Below are positions 9,383 through 20,213 of a stretch of DNA of 64,000 bases, one piece after another. The DNA is from an uncultured Chloroflexia bacterium (GTDB lineage: Bacteria; Chloroflexota; Limnocylindria; Limnocylindrales; CSP1-4): positions 160,001 through 224,000 of the forward strand of contig CAWEYL010000001.1 of the NCBI GenBank assembly GCA_963813335.1, written 5' to 3'. The position numbers were made by a program, and so were the translations under genes. The notes beneath the pieces are model-generated. The model was not told where the DNA came from. It made no database searches and saw only the letters and a list, made by a program, of their open reading frames with translations. Each line of letters begins with the position of its first letter. Position 1 is the stretch's first letter.

Positions 9383-11816
9383 ATGCACCGTCGGATCGCC
9401 TGCCTGCTGCTCGCCGCCCTGGTCCTCGTCCCCGCGATCCCCGCGGTCGCGGCCGAGCCACCGGTGCCCCCGACCGCCGAGTCCAGCCCCGATCCGACGC
9501 CCGAGCCGACCGCCGAGCCCACCGCCCAGCCCACCCCCGACCCGACCGCCGATCCCACAGCCGAGCCGACGGCGGCGCCGTCGCCCTCCGTCGACGCTTC
9601 GCCGTCGCCCGATCCGACGCCCGCCGCCGACCCGCTCACCGTCGCCGATCCCGCGTCCGCGCTCAGCCGCCAGACCGGCGGCGTCGACCCGGCCGGCAAG
9701 TACATCGTCGTGCTGCGCGCCGGCTCGGACCCCAACGCCGTCGTGAGCCATCACCGGGCGCGCGACCGCATCCAGGCCAAGGGCACGTACATGCGGGCGT
9801 TCCGCGGGTTCAGCGCGACCCTCTCGAAGGCGCAGCGGGCCGCGCTCCTCGCCGACCCCAACGTCACCTCGGTGGTGCCCGACGAGCTCATCCACCTGAC
9901 CTCGCAGACGATCCCCACCGGGGTCTCGCGGATCGGAGCGGGCGTCTCGCCCGTGGCGAAGATCAACGGCCTCGACGAGCGCGTCGACGCCGATGTGGCC
10001 ATCGTCGACACCGGGGTCTCCTACCACCCCGACCTCAACGTCGCCGGCGGCTACAACTGCACGTCGTCCGACCGCGGGACGTGGGGCGACGCGAACGGGC
10101 ACGGCACCCATGTCGCCGGCACGGTCGCGGCGCTCGACAACTCGTTCGGGGTGGTCGGCGTCGCCCCCGGCGCGCGCATCTGGGCGGTCCGCATCCTCAA
10201 CGCCGACGGCTACGGCCTGCTGTCGTGGTACGTCTGCGGCCTCGACTGGATCCTCGCCCAGCGCGACCCCAACGACTCGTCCCATTCGCTCATCGAGGTC
10301 GCGAACATGAGCGTGGCCAAGGACGGGGCGGACGACGTCAACTGCGGCCTGACTAACAAGGACATCCTGCACCAGGCGATCTGCCGCGTCGTCGCCGGAG
10401 GGATCACGGTCGTCGCGGCGGCTGGCAATGACAAGCGATCCGCCTCGACGAAGGTGCCCGCCGCCTACAACGAGGTCATCACGGTCTCCGCCCTCGCCGA
10501 CACCGACGGCAAGCGCGGCGGGCTCGGCGGCAACCGCTGCTACTCGTGGGGCGGCTACGACAAGGACGACACCTTCGCCGACTTCAGCAACTACGGCAGC
10601 GACGTCGACATCATCGCGCCGGGCAAGTGCATCTGGTCGACGCGACCGGGGAACACCTACGCGTACTCATCGGGGACCTCGATGGCCGCGCCCGCGGTCA
10701 CCGGCGCCGCCGCCCTCTACAAGTCGAGCCGCCCGAACGCGACGCCGGCCGATGTCAAGGAGGCGCTCCAGTACCTCGGCACGTACGACTGGAAGACCTC
10801 GACCGATCCGGACTCGTACCACGAGAAGCTGCTCGACGTCTCGAGGCTCGGGCCGCTCGGGACCTTCAGCCTCGATACGTCGGCCCTGGGCTACACGAAC
10901 GCCCACGGCGGCACGTCGCTGATCCCCGTCTCGATCGACCGCAGCAGCACGTTCTTCGAGCGCGTGCGCTTCTCGGTCACCTCGCTGCCCTCCGGCTGGA
11001 CGGCGTCGCTCGCGAGCTCCAGCCTGCTGGGCTGGACCGCCGACCACACGACCATCGCCGTCGACGTCCCCGATCCGGTCCCGGCCGGCACCTATCACGT
11101 CGGGATCTCGGCGACGAGCCAGGGCCGGACGGACAGCGGGACCGTCACCGTGGTCGTCGACAACGACAAGCCGACGGTCGGCACCCCGTACGCCAGCCTC
11201 CGGAAGGGCACGCTCGGCACGTCGACGGTGCCGGTGACCCTGGCCTGGCCGTTCGGGTCGGACCCCACGAGCTGGGTCGGCAAGTACGAGGTCGAGACCA
11301 GGCTGGACGGCGGCGCCTGGGCCGGCCACGCGACCACGGCCGCGACCACCCGCGCGGTGAACCGCACCGCCGCGCTCGCGCGCACGACCACCATCCGCGT
11401 CCGTGCGACCGACGGCGCGGGCAATACCGGCGACTGGACCGAGTCGGGTGCGGTCCGCCCGACCGTCGTCGACGAGCGCAGCTCGGCGGTCACGTACCAC
11501 GGGACGTGGGCGAAGACCACCAGCTCGTCGGCCTACGCCCACACGCTCCGCGGGGCGAAGCAGAAGGGCGCGACCGCGACCTTCACGTTCACCGGGCCGC
11601 GGCGTCGGGGTCGTCTTCCCGACCGCCTGGAGCCGCGGCAGCGCGGAGATCTGGGTCGACGGCGTCCTGACGAACGTCGTGTACCTGCGCACATCGGCCA
11701 GCCTCAGCCGGCGGATCCTGGTGACGCGCTCGATGGCCAGCGGCACGCATACGGTCATGGTCAAGACCCGCGGCTCGATGCTCGTCCAGCTCGACGGGTT
11801 CATCGTCCTGAAGTAG
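9383..11816 (+). CDS. Secreted S8 subtilase with Pro/Thr linker and I9-like propeptide (frameshift ~11597)
   Basis: Signal peptide, PTAEP repeats, YIVVL propeptide, VAIVDTG, HGTHVAG, AAGND, GTSMAAP. The C-terminus continues in a shifted frame to ...LDGFIVLK* at 11816. Confidence 0.9.
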
Positions 11817-11920
11817 CGGGCGCGGTCGCCCGCCTTGCACCGGTGCGCTATCGTGACCGTCCCGGCGCCCCGGAACCGGACCGCGGCGCCCCGATCTCGA
11901 TCGAAAGCTGAGGTTCTGCC

Positions 11921-12895
11921 GTGGCGCGAGCGATGTGGAAGGGGGCCATCCAGTTCGGGCTGGTCACCATCCCGGTCAAGCTGTATCTCGCGACCGAATC
12001 CAAGGGCATCAGCTTCAACATGCTCCACAAGGACGACCTGTCGCGGATCCAGATGAAGATCTGGTGCCCGGTCGAGGACGAGCCGATCAACCGGTCCGAC
12101 ACGGTCAAGGGCTTCGAATACGCCCCCGGCGAGTACGTCGTCATCACCGACGAGGACCTCGAGCGCGTGCCGCTCAAGACGGTCCGCTCGATCGAGATCG
12201 AGCAGTTCACCAAGGCCAAGCGCGACGACGCCGCGGTCCGCTTCGTCAAGAGCGCCTACTACCTCGAGCCCGACAAGATCGGCCGCAAGGCGTTCTACCT
12301 GCTCAAGTCCGTCCTCGAGGAGGACGGCCTGACCGCCATCTGCAAGGTGGTCATCAAGGACCGCGAGGCGCTCGCGGCGCTCGACCCGTTCGGCGACACC
12401 ATGCTGATGACCACGCTCCACTGGCCCGACGAGATCCGCTCGACCGGCGAGCTGGACCTCCCCGACGAGGACTTCACGTTCAAGCCGGCCGAGATCGCCA
12501 TGGCCCAGCAGCTCGTGTCCGCGATGACCGGCGAGTTCGACCCGGCGCAGTACAAGGACGAGTACCGCGAGGCGCTCGACGCGATCATCCAGGCCAAGGT
12601 CGAGGGCAAGGAGACGGTCGAGATCGAGGCGCCCGAGGAGACCGGCAAGCTCATCGACCTGATGGCCGCGCTCGAGGCGTCGGTCAACGCGGCGAAGGCC
12701 GCCCGCGAGGCCGGGTCCGAGGCGCCGGTGTCCGTCGCTGACGCGAAGGCCGCCAAGGCGGCGAAGGCGAGTGCCACCAAGGCCACGAGCGCGAAGGCCA
12801 AGGCCGCGGCTGATGCCGAGGCGGCGGCTGAGGCCGAGGCCGACGAAGCCGAGGCCGCTGCCGCCAAGCCCGCCCGGAAGCGCAAGACCGCCTGA
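11921..12895 (+). CDS. ku: NHEJ DNA end-binding protein Ku
   Basis: RAMWKGAIQFGLVTIPVKLY, VKGFEY, YYLEPD, LHWPDEIR, YKDEYRE, IDLMAALEASV and a basic Ala/Lys tail. Confidence 0.95.
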   Translation: MARAMWKGAIQFGLVTIPVKLYLATESKGISFNMLHKDDLSRIQMKIWCPVEDEPINRSDTVKGFEYAPGEYVVITDEDLERVPLKTVRSIEIEQFTKAKRDDAAVRFVKSAYYLEPDKIGRKAFYLLKSVLEEDGLTAICKVVIKDREALAALDPFGDTMLMTTLHWPDEIRSTGELDLPDEDFTFKPAEIAMAQQLVSAMTGEFDPAQYKDEYREALDAIIQAKVEGKETVEIEAPEETGKLIDLMAALEASVNAAKAAREAGSEAPVSVADAKAAKAAKASATKATSAKAKAAADAEAAAEAEADEAEAAAAKPARKRKTA

Positions 12896-13250
12896 TCGGC
12901 GTGCCGCCGCGCGGCCGGCGCCGCGCCCGCTGCGCGCCGCCCGGGCCGCGCAGACCACCCCGGGCCGCCGTTCGAGCCCGACCTGCCATAACGCTCGCCC
13001 ACAGAACCTAATGGCCGATTTCGGGCGGGCGATCACGACGTCCGGCCGCGCCGATCGCCCACGCACGGACCACGCTCGATCGCGGCATCCAGGCGGCCGT
13101 GTCGGCTCGAAATGGAGCCCAAACCGGCTCATCACCAGCCATAACGTTCCGTGGGTGGTCGTTGTGCCAGGTCGAGACCATGGCCCATGGGGCTCCGGGC
13201 GTCGCCCCAGCTCACCCGACAACTCGGCCAGGCGTCCCGGCCATCTCCGT

Positions 13251-13313
13251 GGATATGCATCCGAGGTGCATCGCGATTCGCGGGACATCCCCCAGCGGGA
13301 TTCGTGCATATCC
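13251..13313. repeat. 63-bp palindromic repeat unit (third copy)
   Basis: GGATATGCA...TGCATATCC 9-bp terminal inverted repeat. Its reverse complement closely matches 4638-4700. Confidence 0.8.
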
Positions 13314-13426
13314 GCGGCCGCCTGAGCGCTCGCCCACAGCGCCCACACCGCCCGGCCCAAGGTGACGTTCGGCCCTTTCGCCGGCCCAGCGCCCGGCGCA
13401 TCGTCGGCCGAGAAAGGGGCCGAGCC

Positions 13427-13840
13427 ATGTTCGATCTCGACATCGCGGAGCAGGCGCAACGCAACTCCTTCTTCCGCCAGGTCCTCTCGACCGGGGAGCA
13501 CAGCCAGATCGTCGTCATGTGCATCCCGCCGGGCGGCGAGATCGGCGACGAGGTCCACCAGAAGGTCGACCAGGTCCTGATGTTCGTGGAAGGGGTCGGC
13601 GAAGCGATCCTGAACGGTGAGCGTGGTCAGGTGCTGCCGGGCCGGCTCGTGTTCGTGCCCGCCGGGACCCGCCACAACTTCATCAACACCGGTTCGGTGG
13701 ACATGCGCCTGTACACCATCTACGCGCCGCCGGAGCATGCCCCCGGCACCGTCCATCGGACCAAGGCGGAAGCCGACGCGGCAGAGGCGGTGGAAGCCGC
13801 CGAGCTGGCCGGTGGAACCCTGATCGGAGCGCGCCGCTAG
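13427..13840 (+). CDS. Cupin-domain protein
   Basis: FRQVLSTGEHSQIVVM.IPPGGEIGDEVH..DQ, VPAGTRHNFINTG, LYTIYAPPEH. Confidence 0.88.
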   Translation: MFDLDIAEQAQRNSFFRQVLSTGEHSQIVVMCIPPGGEIGDEVHQKVDQVLMFVEGVGEAILNGERGQVLPGRLVFVPAGTRHNFINTGSVDMRLYTIYAPPEHAPGTVHRTKAEADAAEAVEAAELAGGTLIGARR

Positions 13841-13921
13841 AACCTGGACCCGCGGGAGCTCGGGCACGCCCCCAGGCCCGGGCTCCCCGCGACTCGGCCG
13901 GCATCGGGCACACTGAGCCCG

Positions 13922-16624
13922 ATGCCGCTCGAGGAATACCGTCGCAAGCGCGACTTCGCCCGAACCCCGGAGCCGGCGCCGGCCGCCGTCACCGGCACGA
14001 CCGGGCGCTTCGTCGTGCAGCGCCACCGCGCCACCCGCCTGCACTACGACTTCCGCCTCGAGATCGAGGGCGTGCTGGTGTCGTGGGCCGTCCCCAAGGG
14101 GCCGACCCTCGATCCCGCCACGCGGCGGATGGCCGTCCACGTCGAGGACCACCCGATCGAGTACTTCGACTTCGAGGGCGTGATCCCCGCGAAGCAGTAC
14201 GGCGCCGGCGACGTCATCGTCTGGGACTGGGGCACCTGGGAGCCGGAGGCGCCCACCCTCGACCCCCGCAAGGCCGTCGCGGACGGCGAGCTCAAGTTCC
14301 GCCTCCGGGGCGAGAAGCTCAAGGGCCGCTTCACGATCGTCCGGACCAGCCGCCGTCCGGGCAGCGCCCCGTCGACCGCCTTCGAGGACGACCAGGGCGA
14401 GCAGTGGCTGCTGATCCACAAGAAGGACGAGGCGGCGCAGACCGGCTGGGATGCCGAGGACCACCCGCAGAGCGTCAAGACCGGCCGGACCAACGACGAG
14501 GTGAAGGCCGACCGCGACGCCCTCTGGATCGGCCAGGCGCCCGCCGCCACCGCCGAGATCGACCTGGCCGGCGCCGAGGCCGCGCCGTTACCGACCCGAA
14601 TCGAGCCGATGCTCGCCACCCTGGCGTCGAAGCCGTTCGACGACCCGGACTGGCTCTTCGAGATCAAGTGGGACGGCTACCGCGTCCAGGCGGTCGTCGC
14701 CGAGGGCAAGGTCCGCATCTGGACACGCAACCTGCACGACGCCGAGACCTACTTCCCGCGCCTGCTCAGCCCGCCGTCCTGGATCGATGCGCGCGAGGCG
14801 ATCGTCGATGGCGAGGTCGTGGCCGTCGACGACGACGGGCGGCCGGACTTCTCGCTCCTGCAGACCCGGCTCGGCGAGAAGGGCGCGAAGGGCCTCGTGT
14901 ACCAGGCCTTCGACCTGCTCTACCTCGACGGTCGGTCGCTGCTCGGCGTCCCGCTCGAGGACCGCAAGCGCCTCCTCAAGAGCGTGCTGCGTGAGCATCC
15001 GCGCGTCCGCTTCGCGGCCCACGTCGACGGGGAGGGGAAGGCGTTCCACGCCGCCGCCGCGGCCAGCGGCCTCGAAGGCGTCATCGCCAAGCTCCGCCGC
15101 TCGCGCTACGAGCCGGGCCGGCGCAGCAACGCCTGGCTCAAGCTCAAGATCCGGCCCGAGCAGGAGCTGGTGGTCGGCGGCTGGACGCCCGGGGAGGGGA
15201 ACGCCCGCGACCTCGGGGCGCTGGCGGTCGGCGTCTACGAGGACGGGCACCTGCGGTTCAGCGGCAAGGTCGGGTCGGGGTTCACCGGGGCGACGCGCAA
15301 GGACCTGCTGGCGCGGCTGAAGTCGCTCGCGATCGAGGAGCCGCCGTTCGACCCGGCGCCGCCGAAGGACTACCGCGGCCGCTGGGGCGGCGACCTGCGC
15401 GACATCACCTGGGTCCGGCCGGAGCTCGTGATCCGGGCGGAGCTGGGCGGCTGGTCGCGCGACGGGATGGTCCGCCAGGCCGCGTTCAAGGGCGTCGAGG
15501 CCGGCCGCGACCCGTCGACCGTCACCCGCGAGACCGCGGTCGCCACCACCACCGCGGTGAAGGCCGCCGAAGCGGAGACGCCACCGATGCCGACGGAGCC
15601 ATCGAAGCCAACGAAGGCGCCGGCCGCGCCGGCCGAGATCCCCGCGTCGTGGCGCGTCACCGACGACGAGCTCCGCGCACTCGACGCGCTCGGGCAAGGA
15701 GGGCGTCTGGCGCGTCGGGGCCGACGAGCTGAAGCTGACGAACCTCGACAAGCCGCTGTTCGACCCGAAACCCGGCGCCACAGGCGCCGACGCGACCCCC
15801 ATCACCAAGCGCGAGCTGATCCGCTACTTCGCCCGGATCGCGCCGACGATGCTCCGCCACGTCGCGGACCGGCCGCTCAACCTCCAGCGGTTCCCCAACG
15901 GTGCGGCGTCGCCCGGGTTCTGGCAGAAGGACATCCCCGAGACCGCGCCGAAGTGGCTCACCCGCTGGCACGAGACCGGGCGTCGACGGCCGCGCCGACC
16001 GCGGCGCCAACGACCATCTCATCGCCGACCGCGCGGCGGCGCTGTGCTGGCTCGGCAACCAGGCGAGCTTCGAGATCCATGCCTGGACCGGCCGCCTCCC
16101 TGACGCCTGGCGACCCACGTTCGCGCTCATCGACATCGACCCCGGGGAGCAGACCACCTGGGACGAGACCCTGGTGCTCGCGCGGCTCTACCGGACCGCG
16201 CTCGGCCACCTCGGCGTCCGCGGCTACCCCAAGGTCACCGGCAAGCGCGGCGTCCAGGTCTGGATCCCGATCGTCCCGCAAGTACGACTTCAGCCAGACC
16301 AGCGCGTGGGTCGAGCGCGTCTCGCGCGCGGTCGGCGCCACGGTCCCGGACCTGATCTCGTGGGAGTGGGCCAAGGAGGCGCGCAAGGGCCGCGCCCGGC
16401 TCGACTACACCCAGAACGCGTCGATCAAGACGCTGGTCGCGCCGTATGCCGTGCGACCGGCGGCCGGCGCGCCGGTCTCCGCTCCGATCGCCTGGGACGA
16501 GCTGGACGACCCGGACCTGCGCCCGGACCGCTGGACGATCCGCGACCTGCCCGAGCGCGTCGAGCGCGTCGGCGACCTCTTCGCGCCGACCCAGACCGAC
16601 GCCCAGGAGCTCCCCGAGGTCTGA
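13922..16624 (+). CDS. ligD: NHEJ DNA ligase D, phosphoesterase-ligase-polymerase order (compensating frameshifts ~15693, ~15980, ~16278)
   Basis: PE domain: FVVQRHRATRLHYDFRLE, SWAVPKGP. Ligase: EIKWDGYR, DGEVV, EGVIAK, WLKLK. Polymerase pieces in shifted frames: LTNLDK, RFPNG, IDIDP, KVTGKRG, LDYTQNA..TLVAPY. Confidence 0.93.
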   Translation: MPLEEYRRKRDFARTPEPAPAAVTGTTGRFVVQRHRATRLHYDFRLEIEGVLVSWAVPKGPTLDPATRRMAVHVEDHPIEYFDFEGVIPAKQYGAGDVIVWDWGTWEPEAPTLDPRKAVADGELKFRLRGEKLKGRFTIVRTSRRPGSAPSTAFEDDQGEQWLLIHKKDEAAQTGWDAEDHPQSVKTGRTNDEVKADRDALWIGQAPAATAEIDLAGAEAAPLPTRIEPMLATLASKPFDDPDWLFEIKWDGYRVQAVVAEGKVRIWTRNLHDAETYFPRLLSPPSWIDAREAIVDGEVVAVDDDGRPDFSLLQTRLGEKGAKGLVYQAFDLLYLDGRSLLGVPLEDRKRLLKSVLREHPRVRFAAHVDGEGKAFHAAAAASGLEGVIAKLRRSRYEPGRRSNAWLKLKIRPEQELVVGGWTPGEGNARDLGALAVGVYEDGHLRFSGKVGSGFTGATRKDLLARLKSLAIEEPPFDPAPPKDYRGRWGGDLRDITWVRPELVIRAELGGWSRDGMVRQAAFKGVEAGRDPSTVTRETAVATTTAVKAAEAETPPMPTEPSKPTKAPAAPAEIPASWRVTDDELRALDALGQGGRLARRGRRAEADEPRQAAVRPETRRHRRRRDPHHQARADPLLRPDRADDAPPRRGPAAQPPAVPQRCGVARVLAEGHPRDRAEVAHPLARDRASTAAPTAAPTTISSPTARRRCAGSATRRASRSMPGPAASLTPGDPRSRSSTSTPGSRPPGTRPWCSRGSTGPRSATSASAATPRSPASAASRSGSRSSRKYDFSQTSAWVERVSRAVGATVPDLISWEWAKEARKGRARLDYTQNASIKTLVAPYAVRPAAGAPVSAPIAWDELDDPDLRPDRWTIRDLPERVERVGDLFAPTQTDAQELPEV

Positions 16625-16685
16625 CGCGGAGGCAGTGGTGCGGCGCCGACTGGCCCGCGCCCCACGCGCGTGGCACCATCAGCGG

Positions 16686-17934
16686 ATGCCCGACCAGACG
16701 ACGCCGATCACGCTTCGGACGCCCACCGCCGAGACCTTCCGCCAGTTCCTCGTGCCCGCGATGATCGCCTTCGGCGAGGTGTGGTCCGAGGGCGAGTTCG
16801 AGAACGAGGCCGACACGGTCGAGATGGACCGCATGGTCGGTGCCTTCGAGGGCGACCTCGCCGTCGGCGTGTCGGGCGCGTTCTCGTTCCGGATGACCAC
16901 GCCGGGCGGCGAGGTCGGCGCCGCGGGGATCACCCTCGTCGGCGTGCTGCCCACCCATCGCCGCCGCGGGATCCTCCGCCAGATGATGACCGAGCTGTAC
17001 CGCCAGGCGACCGAGCGCGGCGAGCCCGTCGCGATCCTGTGGGCGTCGGAGGGCGCGATCTACCAGCGGTTCGGCTTCGGGATGGCGACCAGGGGCGCCA
17101 ACTTCGAGGCGGCCAAGGGCAAGATCCGGTTCTCGAACCCGATCGAGCCCGCCGGGCAGGTCCGCCTCGTCGAGCGCGACGAGTTCATCGAGCTGGCGCG
17201 GCCGGTCTACGACGCGCGGCGGCCGACGCTCAACGGGGCGCTCGCCCGGGACGACACGCGCTGGCGCCTGGGCGTCGCGCACGACGCCGACTGGGCGCAG
17301 TACGGGCGCGGACACAAGGTGCTCGCGGTCTACGAGGAGGGGGGCGAGGTCCGGGGGTACGCCATCCACCGGCGCAAGGGCGACTGGGCGCAGACCGGTC
17401 CGCAGCACACGATCACCGTGTTCGAGGTGCTCGGGCTCGACCCGGCCGCCGAGCAGATCCTCTGGCAGTGGCTGTTCTCGCTGGACCTCGTCGAGACCGT
17501 GGCCTGCTGGCGCTACTCGGACCCGAACCCGCTCCTGCTGATGATCACCGAGCCGCGCCGCCTGAACATGTCCGTGGCCGACGCGATCTACCTGCGGATC
17601 ATCGACCTGAAGGGCGCGCTCGAGGGCCGGCGCTACCGCGGGCCGGGGAGTGTCGTGTTCGAGGTGACCGACGAGGACGTGGCGGCGAACGCCGGGCGGT
17701 GGCGGCTGACGGTCGGCGGCGGACGGGGCGGGGGAGCTGGTCGCGGCGTCGGCGTCGGACGCGGCGGATCTCCAGCTGGACATCCGCGACCTGGCGTCGG
17801 TCTACCTCGGGGCGTACACCTTCGGCAACCTGGCCGGCGCCGGCCGAGTCAGGGAGTGCCACCCCGGGGCGTTGGCCGACGCGGACGCGCTGTTCGCGAC
17901 GTCGACGGCCCCCTGGAACTCGACGATGTTCTAG
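16686..17934 (+). CDS. Eis-like GNAT acetyltransferase (frameshift ~17730)
   Basis: VGVLPTHRRRGILRQMM, LWASEGAIYQRFGFG, LRIIDLKGALEGRRY. The shifted frame gives DLQLDIRDLASVYLG...PWNSTMF* (SCP2-like end). Confidence 0.85.
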
Positions 17935-17996
17935 GTCGGCGCAACGCCGAATTTGCCCGATCGACGATCTGATCCGATCGATCTAGAGTCGGGTCC

Positions 17997-18257
17997 ATGG
18001 GATCGGCGAGTCGTCGCTGGGCACTCAACCTCGTGATCCACGTGCATGGCGCGGAGCTTCGCGAGGAAGTCATCCTCGGCCTGCCCAAGATCGTGCGCCT
18101 GGTGCTCGAGCGAGTCGAGCTTCGCCCCGGCGACACGGAGCTCCTTGCTGACGCGATCATCACGGACCTCGACGGCACCGAAGCCGCGTTGGGCGTTGGC
18201 TCGTTCACGTTAGATGCGCTCGCGGAGCGATTCCCAGACCTAGGTTTGGCCTGGTAA
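17997..18257 (+). CDS. Small hypothetical protein (86 aa)
   Basis: Compact ORF 30 nt upstream of the DUF2075 gene, on the same strand. No recognised motif. Confidence 0.55.
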   Translation: MGSASRRWALNLVIHVHGAELREEVILGLPKIVRLVLERVELRPGDTELLADAIITDLDGTEAALGVGSFTLDALAERFPDLGLAW

Positions 18258-18287
18258 TCGAGCAGGGCGGCCACTACCCTGGCAGAC

Positions 18288-20213
18288 GTGTCAGGCGATG
18301 AGTATCCGCTGGCCGACCACGGCTGGAGCTCCTCCTTTCCAGAGTTTCGTGAGGCCGCGGCGCCATACGTCCGGCAGTCCCTGATCGACTTCTTGAAGAT
18401 CGTTTCGCCCGAGCAATTGCATGCCTGGGATGAGTCGATCCCACCCCTCCAGTCGGAGGTCGGGCAGGTCCTCACCCGCGAACCGTCAGCGACGACGTAT
18501 TCGGCGATCCTCGAATACCAACTCCCGATGGAGCAGCGGCGCCCGGATGTGATCTTCCTGCTGGGCGGCGCCGTACTCGTCCTCGAACTCAAGGGCAAGG
18601 CCGTTGCCGAACTCGCTGACATCGACCAGGCGAGCGCCTACGCGCGTGATCTGCGGGCGTATCACCGCGACTGCGAAGACCGGGACGTGCGACCTGCCTT
18701 GGTTCTCATGCGGGCCCGTGGGCGCCAAGGAACGACAGCTGGGGTCCAAGTTCTTGGGCCAGACGCGATCGATGGGCTGGCCGCGGAGATTGACGGGGAC
18801 CGGCCGCGGCCCGGTCTGACGCGAGAGGAATTCCTTGATCCGGCTGCGTATCGACCGGCACCTACCATCGTGGAAGCAGCGCGCGAGTTGATGGAAAGCG
18901 GAACGCTCCGCCGGATCCATCGCGCCGCCGCCGCGACTGAACCGACCCTCGAGTACCTGGCGGAAATCGCGAGAGAGGCCTCGAGGACCAGGACGCGCCG
19001 ACTCGTCCTAATTAGCGGTCTCCCTGGTACGGGCAAGACGCTCGTTGGATTGCAGCTCGCGCATGCGCGCTTCCTCGATGATCTCGCAGTGCCGCGCGGT
19101 GACGAGAAGCCGACCGCGCCGGCGGTCTACCTGTCCGGAAATGGCCCCCTTGTCGAGGTACTCCAGTACGAACTTCGGGCCGCGGGTGGAGGTGGCAAGA
19201 CCTTCGTCCGGGCCATCAAGAAGTACGTTGACCAGTACTCCCGGCGAGCGAGCCTCGTGCCGCCGGAACACGTCCTCATTTTCGATGAGGCTCAGCGGGC
19301 TCACGACGCAGATCAGGTGGCTCAAGTCCACGGATCCAGTGATGGATTGTCCGAGCCTGAACACTTCATCGAGTTTGCCGAACGAGTTCCGGAGTGGTGC
19401 GTCGTCGTGGGCCTGCTTGGGTCTGGACAGGAAATCCACGTGGGCGAGGAAGCTGGTGTCGGTCAATGGCGCGCGGCGATCCTCGGCTCGACGCAACGGG
19501 GGACCTGGACGGTTCACGCACCACCAACGGTGGAGGCGGAGATGGCAGGCGTGCCGACCCTCGAGGTTGATCCTCGGCTTCATCTCGAGACTGAGTTGCG
19601 GTTTCACCTCGCCCAGACTGTTCATCCATATGTCGAGAGTCTCCTAGCCGACGCGACCCTGGAGGTCCTTCGGGCAACCGCGTTATCCCTGGAAGCCGAT
19701 GGCTACACGCTCCGGGTGACCCGTGACTTGGAGGAGGCCAAGCATTACCTCAGGGACAGATACGACAGCGACCCACAGGCGCGGTTCGGCCTTGTTGCCT
19801 CCTCCCGGGATCAGGACCTCGTCAGATTCGGCATTCCGAATGACTGGAGCTCCACCAAACGTTTGAAGTACGGGCCGTGGTTCGTGGAGGGCGACGATGA
19901 CTCCTTTGGACGGTCCTGCCGCGCGTTGCGGGACTGTGTCACGGAGTTCGGTTGCCAGGGGCTCGAGCTCGACGGAGCACTCATCGGATGGGGGACCGAC
20001 TTCATACGAGAGGGGGGACGATGGACGAACCGTCATGCCCGCTCATATCAAAGGGTGTCGCGGATCCGAAATCCACTGCAGTTGAGGCGAAACGCCTACA
20101 GGGTCTTGCTCACGCGGGCTCGTGATGGGTCGACCGTCTTCGTGCCACCGCTCCCAATCCTCGACGAGACGTTCGCCTACCTGACGGATGCGGGATTCCG
20201 GGCACTCCGCTGA
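18288..20213 (+). CDS. DUF2075 (Schlafen group-3-like) helicase with N-terminal PD-(D/E)XK/NERD-like nuclease
   Basis: LEYQLP...RPDVIFL...VLELKG...DQASAY nuclease motifs. Walker A GLPGTGKT, Walker B LIFDEAQR, QGLELD, NAYRVLLTRARDG. Confidence 0.85.
   Translation: MSGDEYPLADHGWSSSFPEFREAAAPYVRQSLIDFLKIVSPEQLHAWDESIPPLQSEVGQVLTREPSATTYSAILEYQLPMEQRRPDVIFLLGGAVLVLELKGKAVAELADIDQASAYARDLRAYHRDCEDRDVRPALVLMRARGRQGTTAGVQVLGPDAIDGLAAEIDGDRPRPGLTREEFLDPAAYRPAPTIVEAARELMESGTLRRIHRAAAATEPTLEYLAEIAREASRTRTRRLVLISGLPGTGKTLVGLQLAHARFLDDLAVPRGDEKPTAPAVYLSGNGPLVEVLQYELRAAGGGGKTFVRAIKKYVDQYSRRASLVPPEHVLIFDEAQRAHDADQVAQVHGSSDGLSEPEHFIEFAERVPEWCVVVGLLGSGQEIHVGEEAGVGQWRAAILGSTQRGTWTVHAPPTVEAEMAGVPTLEVDPRLHLETELRFHLAQTVHPYVESLLADATLEVLRATALSLEADGYTLRVTRDLEEAKHYLRDRYDSDPQARFGLVASSRDQDLVRFGIPNDWSSTKRLKYGPWFVEGDDDSFGRSCRALRDCVTEFGCQGLELDGALIGWGTDFIREGGRWTNRHARSYQRVSRIRNPLQLRRNAYRVLLTRARDGSTVFVPPLPILDETFAYLTDAGFRALR

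Noticed and set aside
9470-9640. Short tandem CCGAC/GAGCC repeats
   Set aside because: They encode the Pro/Thr linker of the S8 protease.
10667-14464. Very long antisense ORFs (also 46806-50687, 60705-63872, 24792-27974, 37898-39937)
   Set aside because: These are shadow ORFs caused by GC3 bias opposite well-supported genes, and they carry no motifs.
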